Positions 1-11,658 of a DNA stretch of 64,000 bases are shown here, one piece after another; position 1 is the first letter of the stretch; every line of letters begins with the position of its first letter. Where the stretch lies: contig JARCRQ010000012.1 in NCBI GenBank assembly GCA_029850585.1, positions 6,130-70,129 of the forward strand. The letters run 5' to 3'. The position numbers were made by a program, and so were the translations under genes. A model generated the notes under the pieces. It did no database searches and was not told the origin of the DNA. It worked only from the letters and a program-made list of their open reading frames with translations. Origin of the DNA: Sideroxydans sp. GTDB taxonomy: Bacteria; Pseudomonadota; Gammaproteobacteria; Burkholderiales; Gallionellaceae.

Positions 1-334
1 CCGCCCAATAAACTACTAGGGTCCCTGCGTAACCGATAAACAACGGTAACGCCTCTACTGCTTTGAATTCTTTGAATACCAAGGTGAACAACAGCATCGT
101 AAACGCTAGCTTGTATGCTTCCGCACCGTAATGCGCGCGGACAATTTTTTTTGCCTCAGCACCTTGCGGTGTGGACATTTTTTTTGCATACACTAACGCT
201 GTGATAAAACCGATTGAACCTCCCGCTAAGGCTGATATGGCAGCTAGCTGACCTAGCACTATCCACATCAACAGGGCAATTAACGCAGCCACCGCAATCT
301 GTACCAAAATAATTTTGCGCACTGCTGTATTCAA
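1..334 (-). CDS. atpI: ATP synthase protein I (3' end runs off the window)
   Basis: Not in the ORF track (TTG start at 334, AAGAGG RBS). Translates MNTAVRKIILVQIAVAALIALLMWIVLGQLAAISALAGGSIGF...HYGAEAYKLAFT..., a small 4-TM protein of AtpI type. Confidence 0.8.
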   Translation of the reverse strand, partial: MNTAVRKIILVQIAVAALIALLMWIVLGQLAAISALAGGSIGFITALVYAKKMSTPQGAEAKKIVRAHYGAEAYKLAFTMLLFTLVFKEFKAVEALPLFIGYAGTLVVYWA

Positions 335-358
335 ATTTGCCTCTTTTAACAGCCGCGC

Positions 359-388
359 ATTCTAAACAATGCCTAGATAAAACGTCAA
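359..388 (-). promoter_or_regulatory. sigma70 promoter for the atp operon
   Basis: TTGACG-N18-TAGAAT followed by a GCGCGG discriminator, upstream of atpI. Confidence 0.6.
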
Positions 389-480
389 TACTTTATTTGC
401 CTTGATTAAACTAAAAATCCCGCAATCTAGCGAGAGTTACGCTAGAACTCATCCGACAGGCAAGCTAGCGCGCGCTTAGC

Positions 481-1296
481 CTAACAATACTGACTAGGCA
501 AGCCGCGCAGTTTGGCGGGTTCATGCCACAATTTAGCAAGGGTCGGCTGCGCCTGAGCGATGTCGCCGCTCGTGTAAATTTGCACTTGCGCCGTTGCATC
601 CACCTCATCTGTGGCGCGGCAAATCCGCTCGACTGGCAAACGACGCTGCAATTGGCGCGCTACCGCCGCTCCTGTATCAACTAAAGTAATTTCGCTGCCG
701 ACCAGTTCGCGTATCAGTGGCGCAAGAAAGGGGTAGTGGGTGCAGCCCAAAATTAAAGTGTCCGCCCCGCGTGCCAATAATGGCGCGGTGTAGCGCGTGA
801 TGAGTTCACGAGTTTTTGCGCCATGTAAATCGCCTTGTTCGACTTGCTCAACTAAACCCGGACAGCCTTGCGTGATGATTTCCACTTCTTCGCCGTAGCG
901 TTCTAACAAGGCGGCAAAGCGCGCACTTTCTAGTGTGCCAGTGGTTGCCAACACGCCCACTACGCCGCTCTTGCTGACCGCGACGGCAGGTTTGACGGCG
1001 GGCTCCATGCCGATAATCGGCAAAGAAAATTGCGCGCGCAAACTGGCGGCTGCGACAGCGGTGGCGGTGTTACAGGCGATGACAAGCGCATCTGCACCTT
1101 GCGAAATTAGGAAGCGAGCAAGGGCGTGCGAGCGTTGTTCGATATAGGCTGCGGGCTTATCGCCGTAGGGAACGTGCGCGGAATCGGCGACATAAATCAA
1201 GCGCGCTTCGGGCAAGGTGCGGCGGATGTGGTGTAGCACGGACAGTCCGCCCACACCAGAATCGAATACGCCGATTGTTGCTGAAGCCACCATCAT
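481..1296 (-). CDS. murI: glutamate racemase
   Basis: FDSGVGGLSV, IACNTAT and LGCTHYP motifs. Confidence 0.97.
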   Translation of the reverse strand: MMVASATIGVFDSGVGGLSVLHHIRRTLPEARLIYVADSAHVPYGDKPAAYIEQRSHALARFLISQGADALVIACNTATAVAAASLRAQFSLPIIGMEPAVKPAVAVSKSGVVGVLATTGTLESARFAALLERYGEEVEIITQGCPGLVEQVEQGDLHGAKTRELITRYTAPLLARGADTLILGCTHYPFLAPLIRELVGSEITLVDTGAAVARQLQRRLPVERICRATDEVDATAQVQIYTSGDIAQAQPTLAKLWHEPAKLRGLPSQYC

Positions 1297-1315
1297 CTAG
1301 CCTCGTTGTGCAGTG

Positions 1316-2911
1316 TTACGCCACCGCTTGGTCGCGCAGATACTCTTCATAAGTACCGTGATAATCGTTCACACCTTTGTCGGTGATTTCGATAATGCGC
1401 GTCGCCAAGGAGCTGACAAATTCGCGGTCATGGCTGACAAATACCACCGTGCCTTTGTACTCCAGCAACGCGGTATTGAGTGACTCGATGGACTCCATAT
1501 CCATGTGATTGGTCGGCTCATCCATCAGCAACACATTGTGTTTTTGCAGCATCAATTTGCCGAATAACAGCCGTCCTTTTTCACCACCCGATAAAACTTT
1601 GACGGGCTTGTGCGCGTCGTCACCAGAGAACAATAAACGCCCCAGTGTGGCGCGCACGGTCTGGTCATCGTCCGTTGAACCGCGCCAGTAAGTCATCCAG
1701 TCCGTCATAATTTTATCTTCGGCGAACTCGCTGTAACTGTCCTGCGCGTAGTAACCGATATTGGCTTTTTCCGTCCATTTAATCGTGCCGGTGTCTTGCG
1801 CTAAATCACCCGCCAAACAGCGCAACAAGGTGGTTTTACCGATACCGTTAGAACCAATAATGGCGATTTTTTCACCTGCATCCACGCGCAAATTCACATT
1901 GGAAAAAAGCACTTTGTCGAAGCCTTTAGACATGTGTTCAACTTCCACAGCGGTGCGATGCAGTTTTTCGCGCTCGTCGTATTCAAAGCGAATAAACGGA
2001 TATTGGCGGCTCGACGGTTTGATGTCTTCGATTTTAATTTTGTCGATTTGACGCGCGCGTGAAGTCGCTTGTTTTGCCTTAGAAGCATTCGCCGAGAAAC
2101 GCGCCACAAAGGCTTTCAACTCGGCAACTTTTTCTTTCGCTTTCGTGTTGTCCGCCGATTGCTGTTCGCGCGCCTGTTGCGCTGCCATCATGTAATCGTC
2201 GTAAGTGCCAGGGTAAGTGGTGATTTTCCCGTAGTCCAAATCGGACATATGAGTACATACGCTATTCAGAAAATGTCGATCATGCGAAATGATGACCATG
2301 GTACAAGTGCGTGCGTTCAGAATATTTTCTAGCCAGCGTATGGTATTGATGTCCAAGTTATTGGTTGGCTCATCCAGCAACAAAATATCGGGGTTAGAGA
2401 ACAACGCTTGCGCCAGCAACACGCGCAACTTAAAGCCAGGTGCAACCGCGCTCATCAAACCCTGATGCAATTCAATCGCAATCCCTAAGCCTAGCAGCAA
2501 TTCACCCGCACGCGCTTCAGCGGTGTAGCCATCGTATTCAGCGAAGGTCGCTTCCAAATCGGCGGCGCGCATATAGTCTTCTTCTGTCGCGTCGGGATTC
2601 GCATACAGCGCGTCGCGTTCCGACATCGCCGCCCACATTTCGGTGTGTCCCATCAGCACCACATCCAACACGCGCATCTCTTCGTAAGCAAATTGATCTT
2701 GACGCAATTTACCCAGCCGCTCGGTTTTATCCAGCATCACCTCGCCAGAGGTTTGCACCAAATCACGTCCTAAAATTTTCATAAAGGTCGATTTGCCGCA
2801 ACCATTTGCGCCAATTAAACCGTAACGGTTGCCGTCGCCAAATTTAACTGAAACGTTCTCGAATAAAGGCTTCGCGCCGAATTGCATGGTGATATTTGCG
2901 GTAGATAACAT
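1316..2911 (-). CDS. ybiT: ABC-F family ATPase (YbiT type)
   Basis: Two ABC domains ([24 protein letters not shown]), no TM segments. Confidence 0.9.
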   Translation of the reverse strand: MLSTANITMQFGAKPLFENVSVKFGDGNRYGLIGANGCGKSTFMKILGRDLVQTSGEVMLDKTERLGKLRQDQFAYEEMRVLDVVLMGHTEMWAAMSERDALYANPDATEEDYMRAADLEATFAEYDGYTAEARAGELLLGLGIAIELHQGLMSAVAPGFKLRVLLAQALFSNPDILLLDEPTNNLDINTIRWLENILNARTCTMVIISHDRHFLNSVCTHMSDLDYGKITTYPGTYDDYMMAAQQAREQQSADNTKAKEKVAELKAFVARFSANASKAKQATSRARQIDKIKIEDIKPSSRQYPFIRFEYDEREKLHRTAVEVEHMSKGFDKVLFSNVNLRVDAGEKIAIIGSNGIGKTTLLRCLAGDLAQDTGTIKWTEKANIGYYAQDSYSEFAEDKIMTDWMTYWRGSTDDDQTVRATLGRLLFSGDDAHKPVKVLSGGEKGRLLFGKLMLQKHNVLLMDEPTNHMDMESIESLNTALLEYKGTVVFVSHDREFVSSLATRIIEITDKGVNDYHGTYEEYLRDQAVA

Positions 2912-3049
2912 GAGAATTGCCTTATTTTGAAGGCGCGCATTCTAGCACTGCTGCGCCCGAAACAGCGGCTTGCTGTGTCGGGCGCAACAGATGAATGGCT
3001 GAAAATCTGCTATCGTCGCGCCCCTCAAAAATCCTTAGCCGCCGTTCCA

Positions 3050-3388
3050 ATGAAAAAATTTAACGACATCCTCGCGTGTTTAGATAGTGCCGAACACCTT
3101 GCCAGCATCGCTTTATTTAACGCCGATGGCAGCAATGCGGGACTGATTGAAAACAAAGCAGGTAGCTTAGGCTCGCTCAAACTGTATCAACATTTAGCCA
3201 AAAAATTTGGCAGCCTCAGCGTCGCGGCAGCGCAAGAGGGAATCGCGATGTACGCTGAACATACGCATGATGCAAAACTGCATCCAGGTAAGCATCCCAA
3301 CATCGACCGCTTGCTCAATGTGATTAAAAATCAGCACGCCTTGAGCATCAAGTTGACCGCGCTGAGCGAATTAGCCGACTTGCCTTAA
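3050..3388 (+). CDS. DUF2322 family protein
   Basis: ENKAGSLGSL and EHTHDAKLHPGKHPNIDRL motifs. Start moved to MKKFNDIL. Confidence 0.75.
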   Translation: MKKFNDILACLDSAEHLASIALFNADGSNAGLIENKAGSLGSLKLYQHLAKKFGSLSVAAAQEGIAMYAEHTHDAKLHPGKHPNIDRLLNVIKNQHALSIKLTALSELADLP

Positions 3389-3411
3389 GCGTGTCTTTCC
3401 AGTAAGTTGCG

Positions 3412-3496
3412 CCCTCGCTAGGGGTCTGCCCACTCAACTGGAGCAGTGAGAAACACCCTTTGAACCTGTACGGATCATGCCGTCGTAGGGAAGCAT
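3412..3496 (+). ncRNA. TPP riboswitch
   Basis: CTAGGGGT...TGAGAAACACCCTTTGAACCTG...GGATCATGCC...CGTAGGGAAG, directly upstream of thiC. Confidence 0.95.
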
Positions 3497-3505
3497 TCTT
3501 AAAAA

Positions 3506-3536
3506 GATGCTCCCCATTTTTATTTCTTGGAGCATC
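3506..3536 (+). promoter_or_regulatory. RBS-sequestering hairpin (TPP expression platform)
   Basis: GATGCTCC (3506-3513) pairs with GGAGCATC (3529-3536), which contains the thiC SD. Confidence 0.75.
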
Positions 3537-3542
3537 ACATAA

Positions 3543-5417
<1,875 letters not shown>

Positions 5418-5438
5418 GCATCCCAACAGGAGCGCGTC

Positions 5439-7226
5439 ATGTTGCGAAAATTGTTATTGGTTGGGACATTGCAAGGCTGGGGTTTGTGGGCGTTATGGCA
5501 AGCGAACGAGTTAAAGCTGTGGCCTGCCACCGACAGTATCAGCCTGCACGCCTTGTTGTATCTAGCTTTATCTGTGCCGCTGGCGATTTATTTGAGTGCC
5601 GATTTAAGCTCGCTCAGCCGCACGCGGCGCATCCAACTGCTAGCATTTATTGCTGTTTTATTCCCCCTGTTAGGCGCATATAGCGGCTGGGCAAACGACT
5701 TTATAGCCACCACCAGCTTTGATACGCAGCGTTTTCGTCCAGGCGATTTATTAGCGGCTAGCGTATTAGGTTTCGTCCTGATTCCACTGTTGGCGCACTT
5801 CAACCCAACCACGCGCAGCTGGACATATCACGATTTATTTGCCAGTGCGTGGCGCAACGCCATGTTGTGCTTGAGCGCGGGCGCATTGACAGGCCTGTTT
5901 TGGGTGGTGTTAGTGGCAGGTTCGGGCTTGTTAGATTTAATCGGCTTGAGCTTTATGCATCAGCTTATTGAGCAAGCGGTGTTCATTATTCCCGTGACCA
6001 GCATTGCCTTTAGCACCGCCTTCGCGCTCGGTTTGGCGCGCAGCGAAATGGTCATCACGCTGCGGCGTTTCCAGTTGTCCATGCTGGCTTGGCTATTGCC
6101 ACTGTTGATGCTGTTTATCGTGGTGTGGGTGGCGGCTTTGCCCTTCACTGGCGTGGACGCGTTATTCAAAACCCATGATGCGGCATTCATCATGTTGTGG
6201 TGCGCGGCGTTGTGTATCAACTTCGTCAATGCCGCCTATCAAGACGGACTCACGCCGCCAGCTTATGGTCGTTTACTCAGTCGCAGCTTGGCATGGGCGT
6301 GGTTAGGCTTATTGGTGGTGGTCAGCGTGGCATGGTGGGCGATGGGCTTGCGCATTGCGCAATACGGCTGGAGCGAAGATCGCGTGTGGGGCGTATTCGT
6401 CGCTTTGATGGCGAGCATTTATGTGCTGGGCTACGCACTATCCGCCTGGCGCGCCCAGCCTTGGCTGGCAAGCATCAGCACCACCAATATCATTGCGGCA
6501 ATCGTACTGTGTGGTGGCTTACTGGCTTTGTTAAGCCCGCTTGCCGACGCACGGCGTATCGCGGTAAACAGCCAAATGCAACGCCTCAGCGCGCAAACAG
6601 TCACGTTGGAAAAATTTGATTTTGACTATCTGCGTTGGGAGGCGGGTCGTTACGGACACGAGGCGTTAGCGCAGTTGGCGACTGGCATAGCTCATCCCGA
6701 ACAAACCGCTATCGCCGCAAAAGCCAAATTATTTATCGCCAAAACGCAACGCTGGAATAGCGAAAATGAAACCTTGAGCGCGGCGCAATTGCGCAGCAAG
6801 TTGCGCGTCTTACCGAGTAAGGCGGTGCTGGATGAAAAACTTATCAGCGCAATGATGGCGGCAGAGAAACAACATTGGCTACTCAGGCGATGCTTTGAAC
6901 TCAATTCAGAATGCGCGGTGTGGTTGCTGGATGTCAATAATGACCAACGCTTAGATGCCGTTCTCTTCGCAAGAGAAGCGAGTCGTGCGGAAGCAGGTGT
7001 GATAGTGATGCAAAATTTTGGCGACAACTACCGCCTTAATGGTGAATTTCCCGCGTCGAATGTTTGCTATGAAGACAGCTTGGCGCAAATCGCCGCCGGT
7101 AATTTCAAATTAGTTAAACCCGAATTTAACGATATAGAAATTGCAGGGCAGCGATTTCAGCTTCGTACCTACCGACCCACAACGAATTCATATTGCGGCA
7201 AAAACAATGCTCACAAATCTAATTAG
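5439..7226 (+). CDS. DUF4153-type polytopic membrane protein
   Basis: About 10 TM segments, RIAQYGWSEDR motif, soluble C-terminal domain. Confidence 0.65.
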   Translation: MLRKLLLVGTLQGWGLWALWQANELKLWPATDSISLHALLYLALSVPLAIYLSADLSSLSRTRRIQLLAFIAVLFPLLGAYSGWANDFIATTSFDTQRFRPGDLLAASVLGFVLIPLLAHFNPTTRSWTYHDLFASAWRNAMLCLSAGALTGLFWVVLVAGSGLLDLIGLSFMHQLIEQAVFIIPVTSIAFSTAFALGLARSEMVITLRRFQLSMLAWLLPLLMLFIVVWVAALPFTGVDALFKTHDAAFIMLWCAALCINFVNAAYQDGLTPPAYGRLLSRSLAWAWLGLLVVVSVAWWAMGLRIAQYGWSEDRVWGVFVALMASIYVLGYALSAWRAQPWLASISTTNIIAAIVLCGGLLALLSPLADARRIAVNSQMQRLSAQTVTLEKFDFDYLRWEAGRYGHEALAQLATGIAHPEQTAIAAKAKLFIAKTQRWNSENETLSAAQLRSKLRVLPSKAVLDEKLISAMMAAEKQHWLLRRCFELNSECAVWLLDVNNDQRLDAVLFAREASRAEAGVIVMQNFGDNYRLNGEFPASNVCYEDSLAQIAAGNFKLVKPEFNDIEIAGQRFQLRTYRPTTNSYCGKNNAHKSN

Positions 7227-7419
7227 CGTCACTGCTGAATCGCCTTGTACAGGTCATTGCAGCACCGTGCTAGGCGACGATGTGTGTCGCAGTTGTAAGC
7301 GCACTTTTGACGAAATTATCGCTTGGCCAACGATTACCGATGCGCAGCGCATCGCCATCAATCAACGCGTTGCGCGCTTAGCACTGACAACCTCTCCACT
7401 CACCACTCACCAAAATTAA
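7207..7419 (+). CDS. DUF1289 family Cys-rich protein
   Basis: SPCTGHCS...[15 protein letters not shown]. Start moved to ATG 7207. Confidence 0.8.
   Translation: MLTNLISVTAESPCTGHCSTVLGDDVCRSCKRTFDEIIAWPTITDAQRIAINQRVARLALTTSPLTTHQN
7396..7411 (+). repeat. tandem CCACTCA heptamer (same family as 23353 and 47332)
   Basis: CCACTCACCACTCACC. Confidence 0.5.
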
Positions 7420-7420
7420 A

Positions 7421-8245
7421 ATGGATATTATTTTATTGCTCAAGGCAGCCATTCTTGGCATCGTCGAAGGTCTCACCGAATTTTTGCCTATCTCCTCGAC
7501 AGGGCATTTAATTTTAGTCGGCGATTTGCTCAACTTTAATGACGCGCGCGGCAAGGTATTTGAGATTGTCATTCAGTTCGCTGCCATCCTCGCGGTGTGC
7601 TGGGAATATCGTGCCAAGCTGGCATCGGTGTCATCTGGCTTGCTGCAAAAACAAGCAGCCGCGCAACGCTTCACACTCAATTTATTTATCGCCTTTTTAC
7701 CGCTGGCGATATTAGGTTTGTTGTTTGGTAAAGTGATTAAGGAACACTTGTTCGCGCCGATTCCTGTTGCGCTGGCGTTTATCGTCGGCGGCTTAATTAT
7801 CTTGTGGGCAGAAAAACGTCAGCATGTCATTCGCATCGAAAATGTCGAAGATATGCACTGGCGCGACGCGTTGAAAATGGGGCTGGCGCAAGCCTTGGCG
7901 TTGATACCTGGCACGTCGCGTTCGGGTTCGACCATCATCGGTGGTTTATTTTTTGGTTTATCACGCCGTGCCGCCACCGAGTTCTCATTTTTTTTAGCGA
8001 TACCCACTATCAGCATGGCGACGCTGTATGAAGTGGTGAAGTACCGCCACGATTTTCACAGCGAGGACATGGGCATCTTTTTAGTCGGTTCGATTGCGTC
8101 ATTTATCAGCGCGTTTTTCGCGGTGCGCGCTTTGTTGCGTTACATCAGCCGCCATGATTTCACAGCCTTTGCTTGGTATCGCATCGCCTTTGGTTTGATT
8201 GTGCTGGCAACTTATTTCACCGACGCGGTGAACTGGTCAGCGTAA
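7421..8245 (+). CDS. uppP: undecaprenyl-diphosphate phosphatase
   Basis: [17 protein letters not shown] and PGTSRSG motifs. Confidence 0.98.
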   Translation: MDIILLLKAAILGIVEGLTEFLPISSTGHLILVGDLLNFNDARGKVFEIVIQFAAILAVCWEYRAKLASVSSGLLQKQAAAQRFTLNLFIAFLPLAILGLLFGKVIKEHLFAPIPVALAFIVGGLIILWAEKRQHVIRIENVEDMHWRDALKMGLAQALALIPGTSRSGSTIIGGLFFGLSRRAATEFSFFLAIPTISMATLYEVVKYRHDFHSEDMGIFLVGSIASFISAFFAVRALLRYISRHDFTAFAWYRIAFGLIVLATYFTDAVNWSA

Positions 8246-8285
8246 TAATGGTCTAGTCGCTTAGCGTGTTTTACCTAGCCTGGCA

Positions 8286-8322
8286 ATGACCATTTATCAG
8301 CCGATAAATGGTCATATTTTTT
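8286..8322 (+). terminator. rho-independent terminator
   Basis: 13-bp perfect stem ATGACCATTTATC/GATAAATGGTCAT followed by a T-run. Confidence 0.75.
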
Positions 8323-8382
8323 GGGCGGAGAAAACTATTTCTCCCGTAAAATGCGCGGCTTTTTTTACTTTAGGAAATCATC

Positions 8383-8874
8383 ATGTCACGCACCCTTATC
8401 GCTTTATTTTGTTTGACCTCTATCGTTAGCAGCGCGTTTGCTGAAACGCCCGCTGAAATTCTTGCCACGATTAAAGCTGAAGCCGCGAATACCGCTGGCT
8501 TTCAAGGTTTTTCTGCTGCGCGCGGCGAAACTTTTTTCAAGGCTAAACATGGCGGCGAATGGAGTTGCTCGTCTTGCCATACCGATAATCCGATGAATTC
8601 GGGCAAACATGCTAAGACCGAAAAAGTCATTAAACCGATGGCTCCTAAGGCAAATGAAGAACGCTTTACTGAACCGAAAAAAGTAGCGAAATGGTTTAAG
8701 CGTAATTGCAACGATGTATTGGATCGCGAATGTACGGCGCAAGAACAAGGCGACGTCATGAGCTATTTGTTAGCCGTCGGTCAGCCTGTTGCCGCCGCAC
8801 CTGCACCTGTTGCTAAGCCAGTTGAAGCCGCGCCTGCCGCAGCACATAGCAGCCATAAACACTCCGCTCACTAA
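8383..8874 (+). CDS. SHP-like (DUF1924) monoheme cytochrome c
   Basis: Signal peptide, CSSCH, and KWFKRNCNDVLDREC (Asn ligand plus disulfide pattern of sphaeroides heme protein). Confidence 0.85.
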   Translation: MSRTLIALFCLTSIVSSAFAETPAEILATIKAEAANTAGFQGFSAARGETFFKAKHGGEWSCSSCHTDNPMNSGKHAKTEKVIKPMAPKANEERFTEPKKVAKWFKRNCNDVLDRECTAQEQGDVMSYLLAVGQPVAAAPAPVAKPVEAAPAAAHSSHKHSAH

Positions 8875-8880
8875 GCCGCC

Positions 8881-9489
8881 ATGACTAAAAAAATTCTAGT
8901 GTGGGACGTGCCCACGCGGGTGTTTCATTGGCTGCAAGCCTTGTCTTTTTTGGGTGCGTATCTCACTGCTGATTCCGAAAAAACCCGCGAGATACACGTC
9001 ACGCTGGGCTTTATTTTGTTCGGCTTAATTGCCTTTCGTTTGGTGTGGGGGGTTGTTGGCAGCAAGCACGCGCGCTTTAGCTCGTTTATTTTTCATCCCG
9101 CCACCGTCATCACTTATGTGCGCTCGCTGTTCAAAAATGATGCGCAACATTTTGTCGGTCACAACCCCATCGGCAGCATTGCGATTTGGTTATTACTCGG
9201 CATGGGCATCGGTCTTGGTGTGACGGGCGTGCTGTTGCTGCAAGACGACGTAGCAGACAGCGTAGTCACCATCCACGCTTATCTCACCAACGGCATGTTG
9301 GTGGTGATTGCGGGGCATTTGTTTGGTGTCGCGATGAGCAGTTTTTTGCATAAAGAAAACCTCGTGCGCGCCATGATTACTGGCTACAAAAAAGGGGCAG
9401 AACAACACGGCATCACCCACGGCTACGCTTGGTTAGGTGCGGCATTAGTCATCGCTGCTGCCGTGTTCGCCTATCTGTACAACCGCTAA
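8881..9489 (+). CDS. cytochrome b/b6-domain membrane protein
   Basis: VWDVPTRVFHW, IHVTLG, GHNPIG, AGHLFGV motifs. Confidence 0.9.
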   Translation: MTKKILVWDVPTRVFHWLQALSFLGAYLTADSEKTREIHVTLGFILFGLIAFRLVWGVVGSKHARFSSFIFHPATVITYVRSLFKNDAQHFVGHNPIGSIAIWLLLGMGIGLGVTGVLLLQDDVADSVVTIHAYLTNGMLVVIAGHLFGVAMSSFLHKENLVRAMITGYKKGAEQHGITHGYAWLGAALVIAAAVFAYLYNR

Positions 9490-9542
9490 TTTTTCACCGT
9501 ATTATTTTTTAATCAATGTAGTTTTTATCTGAAGGAAATCCT

Positions 9543-10154
9543 ATGAAACGCAATCACCCCTACAAGAAAATTGTAGCGAGCCTTTGTTTAGCATTGGCTT
9601 GTAATACCTCGTTCGCGGCGGACAGCACACTCGACTTGAGTTTGCCTGCTGCAAGTGCTAGCCCTAAATCGTTCATGCTCGCGTCTAACGACACGCAGCC
9701 TGCCAGTGTCAGCAGCGCAGCCCCTAAGGCAGAGTTTTCTGAACCTTGGGTGTCAGGCGACAAGCTGCATCAATACATGGGTTGGACGACGCTGGCATTA
9801 GTTGCCGCCACGGCTTTTAGCGCACCCGGGGAAGGCTGTGAAGTCAATTGCCCGCCGCCCTCACAACAGCCTCCGCGCCAAACCAATGGCGCGCACGCCA
9901 AGCTGGCAAAAGCGGCAGCGTTTATGGCAGCAGCAACCGTGACCTCTGGTTTGATTGACCATTGGGATGATTTTCACATGGAAGACGGCTTCACTGACCC
10001 CGACAATTTGCACGCCATGCTGGGCACGGCAGGCGCGTTGATGATGATGTACGCAGTAAATAAATCAGCGAATTCTAAAGTGCCTGTGAGCCATGCAGGG
10101 ATTGCCGAATTAGGCGGCGTAGCCATGGCGGTTGCGGTTAAATTGACTTGGTAA
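9543..10154 (+). CDS. hypothetical exported/membrane protein, possibly b561-like
   Basis: AGGA RBS, signal peptide, four hydrophobic helices each headed by His. Confidence 0.7.
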   Translation: MKRNHPYKKIVASLCLALACNTSFAADSTLDLSLPAASASPKSFMLASNDTQPASVSSAAPKAEFSEPWVSGDKLHQYMGWTTLALVAATAFSAPGEGCEVNCPPPSQQPPRQTNGAHAKLAKAAAFMAAATVTSGLIDHWDDFHMEDGFTDPDNLHAMLGTAGALMMMYAVNKSANSKVPVSHAGIAELGGVAMAVAVKLTW

Positions 10155-10165
10155 GGAGAACAAAT

Positions 10166-10714
10166 ATGTTGAAAAAATTCAAACTCATCGCGCTGTTGAG
10201 CAGCGCATTATTCCTCACTAACACAGCATTCGCGGGCGAAACCACAGCCGATTGGTTGCTCAGTTTTGAGCGCATGAAAAACTTCAAATCGGTCACGGAT
10301 AAAACGTATGCGAAAGAATGTGGTGAATGCCATTTCGCTTATCCAGCAGGCTTGTTGCCGAGCGCGTCATGGGAAAAATTGTTAAACGCCACGGCTCTGA
10401 AAAATCACTTTGGTGACAATGCAGAAATGGATGCGGCAACACTGGAGCGCGTACTCGACTACGCAACTAACAATGCAGCCGAAAAATCTTGGTATAAACG
10501 TGCGCGCAAAATCGCTAACAGCGGTCAAGCTCCGTTGCGTATTACCGAGCTGCGTTACATCAAGCGTGTGCATGAAGAGATTCCTGCCAACATGATTAAA
10601 GACAACAAAGACGTGAAGTCGTTGAGTATGTGTAACGCTTGCCACACCCAAGCGGCTAAAGGTGTATTCGACTCTGACACGGTTAACATTCCTAACTTCC
10701 CCGACTATAACTAA
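10166..10714 (+). CDS. diheme cytochrome c (DHC)
   Basis: AAGGAG RBS, signal peptide, CGECH and CNACH, NHFGDNA, PLRIT motifs. Confidence 0.9.
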   Translation: MLKKFKLIALLSSALFLTNTAFAGETTADWLLSFERMKNFKSVTDKTYAKECGECHFAYPAGLLPSASWEKLLNATALKNHFGDNAEMDAATLERVLDYATNNAAEKSWYKRARKIANSGQAPLRITELRYIKRVHEEIPANMIKDNKDVKSLSMCNACHTQAAKGVFDSDTVNIPNFPDYN

Positions 10715-10733
10715 GCGGCGCAGTTAAACGAAC

Positions 10734-10760
10734 AAGGGAGGCATAAGCCTCCCTTTTTTA
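10734..10760. terminator. rho-independent terminator between convergent genes
   Basis: AAGGGAGGC-ATAA-GCCTCCCTT followed by a T-run. Confidence 0.85.
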
Positions 10761-10785
10761 TTGCCCGCAAAAAATTCAATGGGCA

Positions 10786-11658
10786 TTACGACTCTGGCTG
10801 ATTCTTGAGTTGCAACGCCAGCGGATAAATTTCGTTTCTAGCCGCACCCGTAATTTGCGTGGTGAGTTGTACCGCTTGTTTGAGGGGCAATTCGGCGAGT
10901 AGTAATTGCAAGATGCGTTGCGTTTCTAATGCCAGTCCCGTTTGGGCAACTGCGCCCGAAATCAATACCACGAATTCGCCGCGTTGTTGGTTGCTGTCGG
11001 ACAGCAGCCACGCTTCGGCTTCGCTTAATTTGCAGGAATGGATGGTCTCGAACAATTTGGTGATTTCACGCGCCAACACGATTTGCCGTTCACCGCCGAA
11101 CACCGCGCATAAATCGGCAACGCTTTCGACGATGCGATGCGGGGCTTCGTAAAACACTAGGGTGTAAGGATGTTCTTGCAAACTTTGCAACACGCTACAG
11201 CGCGCCGCCGATTTGTTGGGCAAAAAGCCATAAAACAAAAAGTGTGCGTCGTTTAATCCCGCCGCCGATAACGCCGCCACCACGGCACTCGCGCCCGGAA
11301 TCGGAATGACGCGCAAACCCGCTGCCAGCACGGCTTGCACCAGCAGCGCGCCGGGGTCGCTGACCGCAGGTGTGCCTGCGTCGCTGACAAATGCAACACT
11401 TAAACCCGCTTGTAATTGCGCGATGATTTTGTCGGCCGCGCCGCGTTCGTTGTGTTGATGGACGGCGATGAGTTGTTTGGCGCGAATGGCGTGCTGGCTT
11501 AATAAATGCGCGGTGTTGCGCGTGTCTTCGGCGGCGACGATGTCGGCATGGGCGAGAATTTCTAGGGCGCGCAGCGTGATGTCGCGCAAGTTACCTATTG
11601 GTGTGGCAACTACATATAATGCCGCCTCTAATTTTTGTGGGTGATCGGTATGCAACAT
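10786..11658 (-). CDS. rsmI: 16S rRNA (cytidine1402-2'-O)-methyltransferase
   Basis: LYVVATPIGNL, AEDTR, SDAGTP, YEAPHR motifs. Confidence 0.97.
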   Translation of the reverse strand: MLHTDHPQKLEAALYVVATPIGNLRDITLRALEILAHADIVAAEDTRNTAHLLSQHAIRAKQLIAVHQHNERGAADKIIAQLQAGLSVAFVSDAGTPAVSDPGALLVQAVLAAGLRVIPIPGASAVVAALSAAGLNDAHFLFYGFLPNKSAARCSVLQSLQEHPYTLVFYEAPHRIVESVADLCAVFGGERQIVLAREITKLFETIHSCKLSEAEAWLLSDSNQQRGEFVVLISGAVAQTGLALETQRILQLLLAELPLKQAVQLTTQITGAARNEIYPLALQLKNQPES

